Assembly (NCBI GenBank): GCA_963713605.1
Contig: CAVQMO010000003.1
Span: forward strand, 96,001-160,000
DNA from: an uncultured Nitrososphaerales archaeon
GTDB lineage: Archaea > Thermoproteota > Nitrososphaeria > Nitrososphaerales > Nitrososphaeraceae
Length of the DNA: 64,000 bases
Direction: 5' to 3'
The position numbers and the translations under genes were made by a program. Shown piece by piece: positions 1 through 10,593 of this stretch (positions are counted from its first letter, which is position 1; every line of letters begins with the position of its first letter). The notes beneath the pieces are model-generated. The model saw nothing but the letters and a program-made list of their open reading frames with translations. It did not search any database and had not been told where the DNA came from.

Positions 1-1251
1 AAAACCAATCCTTCGTATCCGATATCTCTACTTTTTTCAAACATCGCAATTATTTTTTGTGCTGTATTCACAACATTTTGCTCTGCATTAATTATTGGTT
101 CCTTAAACGATATTCTTGATAGAATTTCTTTCCTCTGTTTAAGTGGGTTCATGATGGTTTGCTCTTCATTTATAAATGCTATATCAAATACTGCATACAT
201 TACCGGAACGTCTGTGATGATTTGCCCTGTAACATTCTTTCTGCGAAGTCGTTTTTGAAATTCTTGGAAATGAAGAGGTTTACCATTATGAAAGGCCATA
301 ATTTCTCCGTCTAAAATAAAATCAACGTTTTCAATTGATGATAATAATTTGCTATTTATTGCGGCATCGACCAGTTCAGGGAACGCATTTGTAATATCTA
401 TCATCTTGCGCGAAAAAAGCTTAACCTGTTGTCCAGACTTGTGCATTTGCGCTCGTATCCCATCATATTTGTACTCGCAAATCAGAGGTTTTTGAAAATA
501 GTTGATAATCTCATCTGCACTGAACATTACATCTGCTAACATATACCCTATTGGTTGAAGGGGTTTGACAACCACAGTATATAATAAACCTCGTTTTGCC
601 AAGAGTGCTACTTGAGATATTTCGCCTGAAACAAGCATCGCTTCTCTGATTTTTCTAAGTTCTACATTAAAGGCCGATGAAACTCCTACTTCTACTAAAC
701 CCTCTGTCAGCCCGATTCTCATTTCTCCATTTATTATCTTTGTCAAGTATTTTGCTTCAAGTGGTGAACAATCCAAAAAGAGCCCTTTCAGTATTTTCTT
801 CTTGACTTTTGACGACTCGGATCCTATGGTATCAGCTATCTTTTTAAATCGATCATATATGATGGGTAGTGTTAAAGGCTGTTGCTGAATAAGTGAAACG
901 GTGTGCTTTTTTGATACTGCATACTCAGCTAAAGCACCCATATCTCCATACTGCAGATAGCTTCGTTGGATTTGGTCTTTATGTAGGAAAGACATTTCAG
1001 AAAGTGTTTGCATGATTGTACCTGAATCCGACATTTATCACGAATTTTGACCCGAGTGGAAATATTCGGCTAGATAAAAATAGAACAGCTATAGATAAGG
1101 ATTCATCATCCAGGGTGGCTAGATATCTAGAGAGTAATCTTACTTTCCTATTTTTGCTTTTAATTACACGGACTTCTTCACAGAGATTCACAAAAAAAGA
1201 AAAATCAGGAGAACTGCCGGCGAACAGTGTTGAACCGGAGTCACTATTCAT
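1..1251 (-). CDS. lig: ATP-dependent DNA ligase (runs off the window end; +1 frameshift near 1020)
   Basis: ORF 997-1251 continues in a shifted frame (TIMQTLSEM...GDMG...LEAKYLTKIINGEMRIG) through motif I CEYKYDGIRAQMH (~450-480), ILDGE, VFDI and YEGLV at the window edge. Confidence 0.92.
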
Positions 1252-1346
1252 TTCTGCTATATTCGACTAATAATTCAACAGATATTTATAGAAACTGATC
1301 TTACCTTGTTAGGCTGATGAGGTTATTGCCTTCCAGGAAATTTTTT

Positions 1347-1571
1347 TCACTCTACGTGTTTATCTTTGGTATCCAAAGTATTTCTTTTCATGAAATAAGT
1401 AATTACTGACCGAGAATTTTCTTTATACTCATCTATTAATATCCTCAAAGTTGTAATCATTAACTCTTCTACTTTTGGTTCTTTCAGCGTGTTCTCTTGA
1501 TAGAGTCTTGTAGCAATAGACAAAGCAATATTATATTGTGATTGAGGTAGTTCTATCTTTATGATAACCAA
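1347..1571 (-). CDS. hypothetical protein (74 aa)
   Basis: Open ORF, co-oriented upstream of the ligase; no recognised motif. Confidence 0.45.
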   Translation of the reverse strand: MVIIKIELPQSQYNIALSIATRLYQENTLKEPKVEELMITTLRILIDEYKENSRSVITYFMKRNTLDTKDKHVE

Positions 1572-1629
1572 TTTGTCTGAAGTAGGTTACAATTATACTT
1601 ATAATTATGTATTCGTATATTTAACTAGT

Positions 1630-2220
1630 TATCGTAGCAACGGATAGAAAATCTTAATAATGCATTCCAGATGCTTGATAGGCTAAAAGGGAAGCTGGGA
1701 GTGCCTGATAATGTAATAGAAAGCAGCTTATATCTATAGAAAGGTACAGCAGCTAGGAATGGTTAAAGGAAGAACAATAGCTGCTACATTAGCCGCGACT
1801 GTTTATATTGCATCTAGAGAGGCTGGAGTTCCTAGAAAGTTGGCAGAGATAGCATCTCAGTAATATATAACATAAAGAATTGTCAAGGGTATAAGACGAA
1901 TAGTCTTGAACCTAGATTTGAAGGTTCCAAAGGTAGATCCGGCAAAGATTGCAAATAAAATGGAAGTAAACGAGAAAACAAAAAGTCATGCTATAAGCTA
2001 TATGCACAATGTAAAAACAAGCGGAATTGCAGCAGGAAAAGATCCCATGGGACTAGCAGGAACCATTCTCTACTTATCATGATTACGGGGCGATGAGCAT
2101 AGAAATCAGTTAGACGTTGCAGCAGCTTCTGGAGTAACAGAAGTAACTATAAGAAATAGATGCAAAGAACTTCACAAAGAGTCAGATGAAAGATCCCATT
2201 TAATCATAATGACTTTCTAG
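1630..2220 (+). pseudogene. tfb: transcription initiation factor IIB remnant (cyclin repeats only)
   Basis: Multi-frame translation gives AFQMLDRLK...AAYIYRKV...KGRT...VYIASRE...PR...AGKDPMGLAG...DVAAASGVTEVTIRNR. It has several frameshifts, an in-frame TGA and no N-terminal Zn ribbon. Confidence 0.88.
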
Positions 2221-3329
2221 GCGTGCTATGTGTCCTAGCAACTGCCACTAGTTTAACTTGCTTAAACAGGCATGGTTTTATGCTATTTTCACTAGTTGTC
2301 TTGATCTTACAGGCAGTAAAATGCCAGGCTATTTCGAGCGACAGATATGTCACTATAAATCCAAGTGCTAGGCTAACGAATCACTCAGAATAGAATAAAT
2401 ATAGTCAAACTAGAGACATGAAAATGGAATTTTATAAGAATAGCCATGTTATCGTTAGGCAGCAAGATTTTGGATTCTTAGCCCTAGGATAAATGACTAT
2501 GTACTTATCAAGAGCGAAACTATAGTTAGGATATTTTGAGTTATTGCAGGAACGAGTGTAACTGAATTTCTATCATACTGTTGTATCTATTCGGCACATA
2601 CATAAGTATACTAGGGAGGGATCCACATTCACATTCATTAATTACTATCCTGATTTAAACGGAGCTATTGGCTTTTTCAGGTTATTTTAATGTTTGAAAA
2701 TAAAAAAGTTTATTGCTTCTCTTTTAATATCTGAGATTTACTGACTCTCTCCTTAGCCATAATTACTGCCGTTAGAACTACGTACGCTATCAGAATTTCT
2801 ATTAGTAATGATCATTGGTTAATTCATCAAGTATCTTACAATATAAGTTATAAGAATATCATTGAGCTCGCAAGAATTGATTTCCAAGCCATTTGGCAGT
2901 TAGCTGTATCTTTTATCGTCTCCTCCTGCTCGTCTCCTACTTCGACATTGATGAACGTTGAATTAGGCATGATACAAGTATCGCATTGTCCTGCCGCTCT
3001 GTCTAATTCCTTCTTATGGGCGACCTTATTAGGCGATGACAATCGTCTTCGTGAGAGGCGATGTAAAGTGGGTTGCATTCTCGACTGCCATGATTCAGTT
3101 GCAGTCTGACTCGACCAATCAACGAAATGCCGTGCGCGTCAGTTCTAGATTGACTGCTCTTTCTAATTTAGTATCAGTCTCTTGTTGACCATGATTAGCT
3201 CATTGGAAATGATTTACATAAACGCTCAATTTTTGTGGATGATGATTATAACACCAACAATAACAATAACAAGCTCGTCGGATTTAAATGACCAAAGGGT
3301 AGCATTTTCCAGACATCCACATCATCTTC

Positions 3330-5816
3330 TTAATCTACCACGGGCGTAGAACAACTATAGTCAAAAGGTTTAGTTACTGAATTACAGACTTCTATAAGTA
3401 ACTCCACGTATCTTCTTGTATCGTAAATTGTTACTTCTTTTTCATTTATGAGTTGAACGGGAATAGATCTTATTTTGGAATGTTTTTGATAATAATCTGT
3501 AATTATGTATTGTAGTATCTCACCAGCTCTTAGATGTTTACCACACTCAGATCTGAGTAGATCAAGAGAATTCTTCTCTACTGTATCTCTATTCTGATAT
3601 TCATCTGCACTCATTGATATTATTTTGGTAAATATTAAATGTTGAAGTGATACTTTACCTGCTTTTAGTTGATGAATATAGCTATTGAATGCGTTGCTTA
3701 TTTCTGGGATAAGAGATTTAACTCTCTTTATTGTATTTCCAGTAGCCATTACCTGTAATATATGATTCTGGCATTTTTCAAAGAAGATGGGCGTATCATG
3801 CCTTCTTGATTCTAACCCTCTTATTTTTAATGAGTCATCTTCAAATGCTCCAAAATATCGGTTTGGAACAGGTAATGCGGTATTTATTTTTGAGGGAACA
3901 AATGCTATCCATTTATAAATCCCTTCAAATGATACTTTGAATCCTGTTTGTTTTTCTATATCTTCTTTTAGCGATATACATAATTCTTTACTATTGTTTT
4001 TGTTATTGTTCTTTTCCTTAAATTGCATCCAAACAGAATCTACTATTCCATGTAATACTCTAAATCCCTGTCTTTCAGCAGATCCTATAACATGAGACAA
4101 TATCTGCCTATCATAAGCACAAACGGCTATATGTGCATCAATTCTTCCAAATTTCGCGTTATTAAATCCTAAATATCCAAATGATGTTACTAGAATCCAT
4201 TTCAATGTAGATTGTCTGGAATTATATTTCTCCTTCAGAGTATGGTTTTGAATCGAGTCCTTCAGTTTTTTGTAGAGTAAACGCTTCTCCAGCAATATTC
4301 TTAAAGATATAGGAATGATTCCTATTCTCTTCGAACATGCGTAGTTATGATCAGCATCACGTATTGTTAAGAGGTCTGTCGTGGATCCAGCAATGCGTAC
4401 ATTATCATTAATATTGCGATTAAAAGAAGTCAAACGATAATCTCGATAGCAACAATCACAATTTACAGTTTCAGCAGAAATATTATACTTTCTCATAATA
4501 TTTGGATATAGTGACTCAAAGTCAAATTCAGCTACTTGTTCGTGTACTCCTACTTCTGGTTCATATATTAGACCGCCTCTGTCTGCAATCAGTAATGCAT
4601 TCATTGATTTGAAATGCTCTGTGATTATAGGTTTCCACGGAATCAAAACCCCTTTTCTTGTGGCATTATAAAATTGAAGACTACTAAGACACTTTCCTAT
4701 AGAAGCTCTAGCTGCTGTATGAAGGGGCATTCTACAAATCCTGGATATCTCATATAATCCACTTAATCCTCCACCAGTCTCATTTGACAATTCAAATGAA
4801 TTCGACTGATCAAAATGTATCCTTCCATATAACCTTGTGGTAGATGGCTTAAAGTAAATTCTACCATATGAAAAATATGATGTTCCTTCTTTGACAGGAC
4901 GTTGCAATATTATTGAGTCTCTGCTTAGCAATAATTTTTTATTCCCATTCATTTTAGCTCTATGAATAAGATAAGGGAAAGTAAATGAATCTCCATCTTC
5001 TGTAAATATAAAGTCAGGATCTATTCGCAATATTTCAGCTTCTAATGCATTTAGTATTTGCTCTTCAGAATCGATCTCAATATTTCTATTAAGAATGTTA
5101 ATGTTTTCGTTACTATCCTTGTTATATTGATTATTATTTTCGTTATTACCAATACTTATTGAAATAGATTTTATTGCATCAGAATATCGGATATATTCAC
5201 TACCACCATTACTACCATCACTACTATTATGATAACTATTACTATCCTTCTTTGTATTCACCTTTATAAGAGCAGTTCTAAATTGAGGAACTGTATAATC
5301 TGTACTCCATATATTATCCTTGTTAACTATCTTCTTTAATGTATTGTTTTTATTATAATAGACATCACAAAGGGCAAGTGGGAATAAATTATGCTCGTAT
5401 AAATAAGCTTGTGCTGGAGATAAATCTACGTTATATAATCTATATTTTCCAAATGCTTTACCAAATCTTTCGATATGCCTCGCTAAAGTTGTCGCTTTTG
5501 TAGGACCTGATAGCTCTAGTCTTAAGACTTCTGATTTTTGACTATCAGTAATTCTCTCGTATTTATTTATAAATTTATAACAGCTAACAAGTCTCATAGT
5601 TTTGTCGTTACTGTGTATATGGCGAAGTAGAGAAGTCAAATCCGCTTTATTATCTGAAGCTACATAGATCGAATATTTCCATACTTCATCTTTTACTCTT
5701 ACAATATTGTTATTACGTTTTTCTTTTATCCATATAATCATTGTATCATTCAAAGGATATAGGTCGAAGATGTTGCCTGCAGTTTTTATTGTATTAGCAA
5801 TAGAAGCTGATAACAT
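3330..5816 (-). CDS. polB2: family B DNA polymerase, archaeal PolB2 group
   Basis: Motif A FDFESLYP, motif B KWILVTSFGYLG, motif C HGIVDS in place of YGDTDS, IRGLESRRHD, CxCC motif, and degenerate exonuclease motifs (GDSFTFPYL). Confidence 0.9.
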   Translation of the reverse strand: MLSASIANTIKTAGNIFDLYPLNDTMIIWIKEKRNNNIVRVKDEVWKYSIYVASDNKADLTSLLRHIHSNDKTMRLVSCYKFINKYERITDSQKSEVLRLELSGPTKATTLARHIERFGKAFGKYRLYNVDLSPAQAYLYEHNLFPLALCDVYYNKNNTLKKIVNKDNIWSTDYTVPQFRTALIKVNTKKDSNSYHNSSDGSNGGSEYIRYSDAIKSISISIGNNENNNQYNKDSNENINILNRNIEIDSEEQILNALEAEILRIDPDFIFTEDGDSFTFPYLIHRAKMNGNKKLLLSRDSIILQRPVKEGTSYFSYGRIYFKPSTTRLYGRIHFDQSNSFELSNETGGGLSGLYEISRICRMPLHTAARASIGKCLSSLQFYNATRKGVLIPWKPIITEHFKSMNALLIADRGGLIYEPEVGVHEQVAEFDFESLYPNIMRKYNISAETVNCDCCYRDYRLTSFNRNINDNVRIAGSTTDLLTIRDADHNYACSKRIGIIPISLRILLEKRLLYKKLKDSIQNHTLKEKYNSRQSTLKWILVTSFGYLGFNNAKFGRIDAHIAVCAYDRQILSHVIGSAERQGFRVLHGIVDSVWMQFKEKNNNKNNSKELCISLKEDIEKQTGFKVSFEGIYKWIAFVPSKINTALPVPNRYFGAFEDDSLKIRGLESRRHDTPIFFEKCQNHILQVMATGNTIKRVKSLIPEISNAFNSYIHQLKAGKVSLQHLIFTKIISMSADEYQNRDTVEKNSLDLLRSECGKHLRAGEILQYIITDYYQKHSKIRSIPVQLINEKEVTIYDTRRYVELLIEVCNSVTKPFDYSCSTPVVD

Positions 5817-6456
5817 GGACTAGATCTCGTCTAATCTGTGATCAGAAATAACAGACATCTATATGTGAGTACAGTATTGTACCTAATAACTAAATATGTT
5901 GGCTAAGTATATTAGATAATTTTACTAGTGGAAATTATCCATAATGCATTATGTCTGCTAAAAATAAACCATGTATAAATTAAAATATATTCAGATTGAG
6001 AGCCAGCCGATACTCTATTTTGTCATTTTCATTTTTTATAATGGTATTCTAAAAGAATCCATGTTGCCCTACGGTACAGCCACAAAAGGATTAGACTAGT
6101 AAAGTGGAAAACATCAAAATGGTCAACAGCTTGATGTTTCTCACACGTTGTAATACATAGTGGACATTTCCCTTATATCGTATCAATCAATAGCTATTAA
6201 ATTAGTAGAAGTGAATGAAAGCATTTGAATGTCTTACCTGTTCCTACCAATCACAATTAACTCAAAAGTATGAAATAGAGACTGATAACTTCCTAAGTTT
6301 ATTGGACTATGATCGGATAGATCAAGATAGTCAATTGAAGGAGCATTTTAGGCTTAGCTCTAGATACAAGAGCTTGGCACTTCAATGAAACTGTGCATGA
6401 AGAAGTGGCGCTTAATTCGGTGAAAAAAAAGAACTCATCGTCTAGGACTTCCTGAG

Positions 6457-7356
6457 TTGGGACAAACACCATCATCCTCATCATCCTTCTCTTCCCCATC
6501 AAGAAAAGACAGGAATAAGGTTGTTGACCTAGCACAAGGATTCGTAGGAAGCAAGATGTTTGATTGGATAATTACGGGAGTCATTATCATTCAAGCAATT
6601 GCTCTCGCCGTTGAAGCGACGCCATATAGGAATTCAGCCGGTGAATATTATCAATTACTTGAAGTAGGAACATTCAGCTTAATTCAAAGCCTTGTGATTT
6701 CAGTTTTCATTGTGGAAGCCATATTGAGGATGATCGCGCTTTATCCCAGACCACAAAATTATTTCCGAGATCCTTGGAATTGCTTTGATTTTGCTATCAT
6801 TGTTTTATCCCTTACGACTGCGGGCCAGTTTTCAACAATAGCTAGGCTGGTCAGATTGCTTAGAATAACTAGATTGGTCACAAAATCTGCTGAACTACGT
6901 GCAATTGTATCTACACTTGTTCGTTCAATACCTAGTATATTTAATATTTTGATTCTTTTTTCAATACTCTTCTTCATATATGCAATAGTCGGATATCACC
7001 TTTTCAGGGACACCGATCCGCAACATTGGTCATCTTTTTTGACCGCATTTACAACATTATTTCAAATCATTACACTTGAAGGATGGGTAAATATTATGGA
7101 ACCAATAGTTACTACTTTGGGACCAATATATTGGCTCTACTTTGCAAGCTTCATCGTAATTGGAACTTTTATAATTATTAATCTGTTTATTTCAGTAATT
7201 GTGAGAAAATCTGAGGAAGCATATAAACAAGTGCAGCGAGAATCAGAGATACCTTTAACACAACATGAAATTGTACAAGAGATAAAAGAGATCCGCAGAA
7301 TCCTAGAAGAGTTGGAGAAAAGAATTGGCGACGATGATAAAAGTAAGGAAAAATAA
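6457..7356 (+). CDS. voltage-gated cation channel (prokaryotic 6TM BacNav/Cav-like); start uncertain
   Basis: S3 WNCFDF, S4 RLVRLLRITRL, filter FQIITLEGWVN, S6 IINLFISVIV, C-terminal coiled coil. Confidence 0.92.
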   Translation: MGQTPSSSSSFSSPSRKDRNKVVDLAQGFVGSKMFDWIITGVIIIQAIALAVEATPYRNSAGEYYQLLEVGTFSLIQSLVISVFIVEAILRMIALYPRPQNYFRDPWNCFDFAIIVLSLTTAGQFSTIARLVRLLRITRLVTKSAELRAIVSTLVRSIPSIFNILILFSILFFIYAIVGYHLFRDTDPQHWSSFLTAFTTLFQIITLEGWVNIMEPIVTTLGPIYWLYFASFIVIGTFIIINLFISVIVRKSEEAYKQVQRESEIPLTQHEIVQEIKEIRRILEELEKRIGDDDKSKEK

Positions 7357-7951
7357 TGAATTAACGGACATTTAAGACCTTGTTTAGAATATGTCATATG
7401 CGTAATTCATTGTATTTCAATCACTGAGGTGAGCTTCACACTTCATGACTTCTATATGACCGGCGTTGTTAGGTGCGCACTATATTAGAGAGGAAAGTAT
7501 TCTGCTCCAATTTATAATAACCCGAACGATTTGGCGAATCTCATCTTGCGTAGATTAAAGATGGGAGGTAAGACTGAGGAGCTGACCGCCTACCAGGGTG
7601 ATTTATCTTGTTTCACAAAGCGTAGGAAAATCCTTAAGCTTTCAGGATATCGTTATCAATGAAATCGAATGTTATTAATTTCTTCGATAAAATCAAGGTA
7701 CTCCATCCATTACGGATGGGAATCCCAGTGGATGTATTATAATAATAACAGGACAGGACCAGTCAAGCCAAGGAACGTTCAAATGGTCGGAGTAGGGCGA
7801 ATATAGGCTAGGCTATTTAGTCCTATCCTTCCGATACTAGTTCTTTGAAGGTATAATTTAAAGAATGTTAATGGCAGACAAAATACTTGAAGATTCAGGC
7901 CAAGATAATGACATGGGAACGCCGCAGTACGTCGTATTTATTATACCGAGA

Positions 7952-7989
7952 ATTACTTACTCTAAAGGGGCTAAATGAGAGTAAGTAAT
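7952..7989. promoter_or_regulatory. perfect 12-bp inverted repeat upstream of the integrase
   Basis: ATTACTTACTCT (7952-7963), 14-nt spacer, AGAGTAAGTAAT (7978-7989). Function inferred only. Confidence 0.55.
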
Positions 7990-8055
7990 ATATCACATAA
8001 TTAAAACTTTATCAGTAGATAAACTATGTATTAATACTAACTTATATAGAGTGAT

Positions 8056-9485
8056 GTGCACTACCATATATCTGTGTTAAGACATCCCACTGAAGCATTT
8101 GAAATTGACAGTGGACATAGTGCAATAACAAAGGGGTTAAACAATGAAATTTTAAATAGCCTAAGAAATATATCCAATGAAAATGCATCCATTATAATAG
8201 ACTATATTTCGGCCATGATTACTGAAACTAATCCAGCTGACAGTTATAGGAAAGACAATATGCGTCTGTTATATTCATTTTCCAAACACAACAAAAATAA
8301 ATCATTTAGATCTATAACACGAGATGAAGTCATTTTATTTCTAAATGCCAGACGTAAGCCTGAATCTTCGGATCCGCTACATAAATGGATTGGAACCTAT
8401 AATCTATATCGCGTATGTTTGATAAGATTCTTTAGATGGTTATACTTTCCGAATAGAGAACAAAACAAAAGACCTAAGCCTAAAGTTGTGAGTAATATTC
8501 CTGCCTTAAGAAGGAAGGAAAAATCAATCTATAAGCCATCTGATTTATGGACTGAAGAAGATGATCTCCTCTTTCTCAAATATTGTCCAAGTAAAAGAGA
8601 TAAATGTTTTCATGCGATGTCATGGGATACCGGTTGCAGACCACATGAGCTTCTGAAGCTTCGAATAAAAGATGTATCATTTAAAATACATGAGAAGAAG
8701 CAATATGCAGAGGTTTTTGTAAACGGAAAGACAGGCACTAGGCATATACCCTTATCGATTCGATTCCCTATCTTAAAGATTATCTGAACAATGAGCATCC
8801 TCAGCCTGGCAACCTTAATGCGATCCTTCTGTGCGCTGTTGGGAAGAGCATCAATAAGATATTAAGCAGTCTGAGTTTGAATGGAATATACAAGAATTAT
8901 AAAAATTATTTCTTTCCCCGATTGCTAAAAGATCCAAATGTTCCCCAAGAAGATAAAGAAAAGCTCAAAGAGCTCCTCAATAAACCGTGGAATCCCTATA
9001 TTAGAAGGCACAGTGCTCTTACCCAAAAGAGCAAAATACTCAAAGAGCATACATTGCGGCAGTTTGCAGGTTGGACTTCAAATTCTAATGTGCCACAGCG
9101 TTATATAAACTACTTTGGAAATGAAGCAAGCGAAAGCCTACTTCAAGCCTATGGAATTATTACAAAGGAGCAGAAGAATTCAGACATCCTAAAACCAAAA
9201 CAATGCCCTAATTGTAATGAACCAAATAAACCAGACGCTAGATTCTGTATTAAATGCAGGATGGTTTTAACATATGATACTTACAATGAAACTCTTCAAG
9301 AACAGGAAGAGCGAGATGATAAACTATTACTGATGGAAGAAAGATTCAATATAATGCAATCACAAGTACGAACCCTCATATCGGCTATTGGAAATTTGAA
9401 GGATCAGAATGATATAAATGTGATGGCTAAACATCTATTTCAAAGTGGAATTCTTGAACGCAGTACACCAGAACCTGTAGGCTGA
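8056..9485 (+). CDS. tyrosine recombinase/integrase with C-terminal Zn ribbon (frameshift near 8750)
   Basis: DTGCRPHEL, GKTGTR, PYIRRHS, AGW, RYI and CPNC...CIKC. Restoring one base at ataccctt gives PLIDSIPYLKDYL and joins the two ORFs. Confidence 0.9.
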
Positions 9486-9795
9486 TGCTAATCATGCCGC
9501 TGATTCCACCTTATCCATCTATGAACATTTGGTCTGGATCTCCATCTATTTTTCGATCTTTTTGTACATGGTACATATGATGTTCCTATCATCAAAAGTA
9601 TTTACCTATCAGACGTTGATTTATTAACTCTATGTAATTGCCTAATTTTATAGGCTCACTTCCTACCTGAATGATAAGATCTCAGATTCGCAGGATTATT
9701 TTTACAGAAGTGATAGAAGTCAGGTTTCTTGCGTGATTCCACAAACTATAAATGCTACATAGATTATAACTACTAATAGGAAAAAGACTATAACT

Positions 9796-10011
9796 ATGAG
9801 TAGGAAACAACACCGGACAACGATTGCAATTTCTCGGAAAAACCGGGATGCCTTAAGGACATATGGCAGGGCAGGAGATACTTCTAATGATGTTCTGACA
9901 ATTCTTCTTAATATGGCAAACAAAGATCGGGTAGATACAGTTATTACAAGACCATTAAGAGAAAAAAATTCAGAGGCCGAAATCGTTAAAAACGTTGGTC
10001 GAAGTCTATGA
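9796..10011 (+). CDS. small ribbon-helix-helix-type DNA-binding protein
   Basis: TTIAIS strand followed by helices (RDALRTYG..GDT..DVL..LL); first gene of the replication module. Confidence 0.65.
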   Translation: MSRKQHRTTIAISRKNRDALRTYGRAGDTSNDVLTILLNMANKDRVDTVITRPLREKNSEAEIVKNVGRSL

Positions 10012-10259
10012 AACTCCTTCAAGACAAGTATGAACATAATAATTATTCAACTATTTTGGTGTCGAGATGCCTAACTGAGAGATGTCAGGAATGCACTGGA
10101 TTATACGTACCTTCAATTGATCTAATGCATGCACAAATAATCTGCTTTTGTGCCTGCCATGAAAAAGAAGGAAGTGCTAGACAGATTGGACAGATCAGGA
10201 CTAGCCCCTCTTCTTTTGAGAATCATCCCAATGGAGATCCTTACGATGATTACCAATAA
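10008..10259 (+). CDS. small Cys-rich (putative Zn-binding) protein
   Basis: CxxxxCxxC...CxCxCH; ATGA overlap with the upstream gene. Confidence 0.6.
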   Translation: MKLLQDKYEHNNYSTILVSRCLTERCQECTGLYVPSIDLMHAQIICFCACHEKEGSARQIGQIRTSPSSFENHPNGDPYDDYQ

Positions 10260-10494
10260 TAAATGCAAACACAGTATTAAGATTTTTTGTTCAAGATGTG
10301 AATTTGGACTCTTCCAAGATATTCTAGATGCCATGGTGGATTTTCAATCAAAATACACAATTCAAGGTTCTATTTCTGAAGCCAAACAAATTGCAAAAGA
10401 TTGTGAATGGACTAATATACTGATGGAAATAGTAGAATATGGTAACGAGCACGTGTTATCATCACATAAATATCGAATCGAGATGGAGGATTAA
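10228..10494 (+). CDS. hypothetical protein (start uncertain)
   Basis: Part of ORF 10150-10494 with CxH...CxxC; lies within the element operon. Confidence 0.45.
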   Translation, partial: PMEILTMITNNKCKHSIKIFCSRCEFGLFQDILDAMVDFQSKYTIQGSISEAKQIAKDCEWTNILMEIVEYGNEHVLSSHKYRIEMED

Positions 10495-10593
10495 AAATGG
10501 AATGACGTACGCTAAAACACAGCAATACAGAAATCATAATGATGTAATCTTTGAAATATCTCAAGTATTGAATGATAGTGGAGATCTATCATA

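Noticed and set aside
1630..2220. TFB fragment as a functional TFB3-like truncated activator
   Set aside because: TFB3 keeps the N-terminal Zn ribbon; this lacks it and has multiple frameshifts plus a stop.
2848..3078. 76-aa ORF downstream of PolB2 as the arCOG07300 partner
   Set aside because: No recognisable similarity; probably spurious.
7470..7945. Possible RNase P RNA, group II intron or IS200/IS605 end (GTGCGC, GAGGAAAGT, hairpin CCATCC-attac-GGATGG)
   Set aside because: No GAAAGTCC pseudoknot partner, no domain V consensus and no transposase or TnpB remnant recognised.
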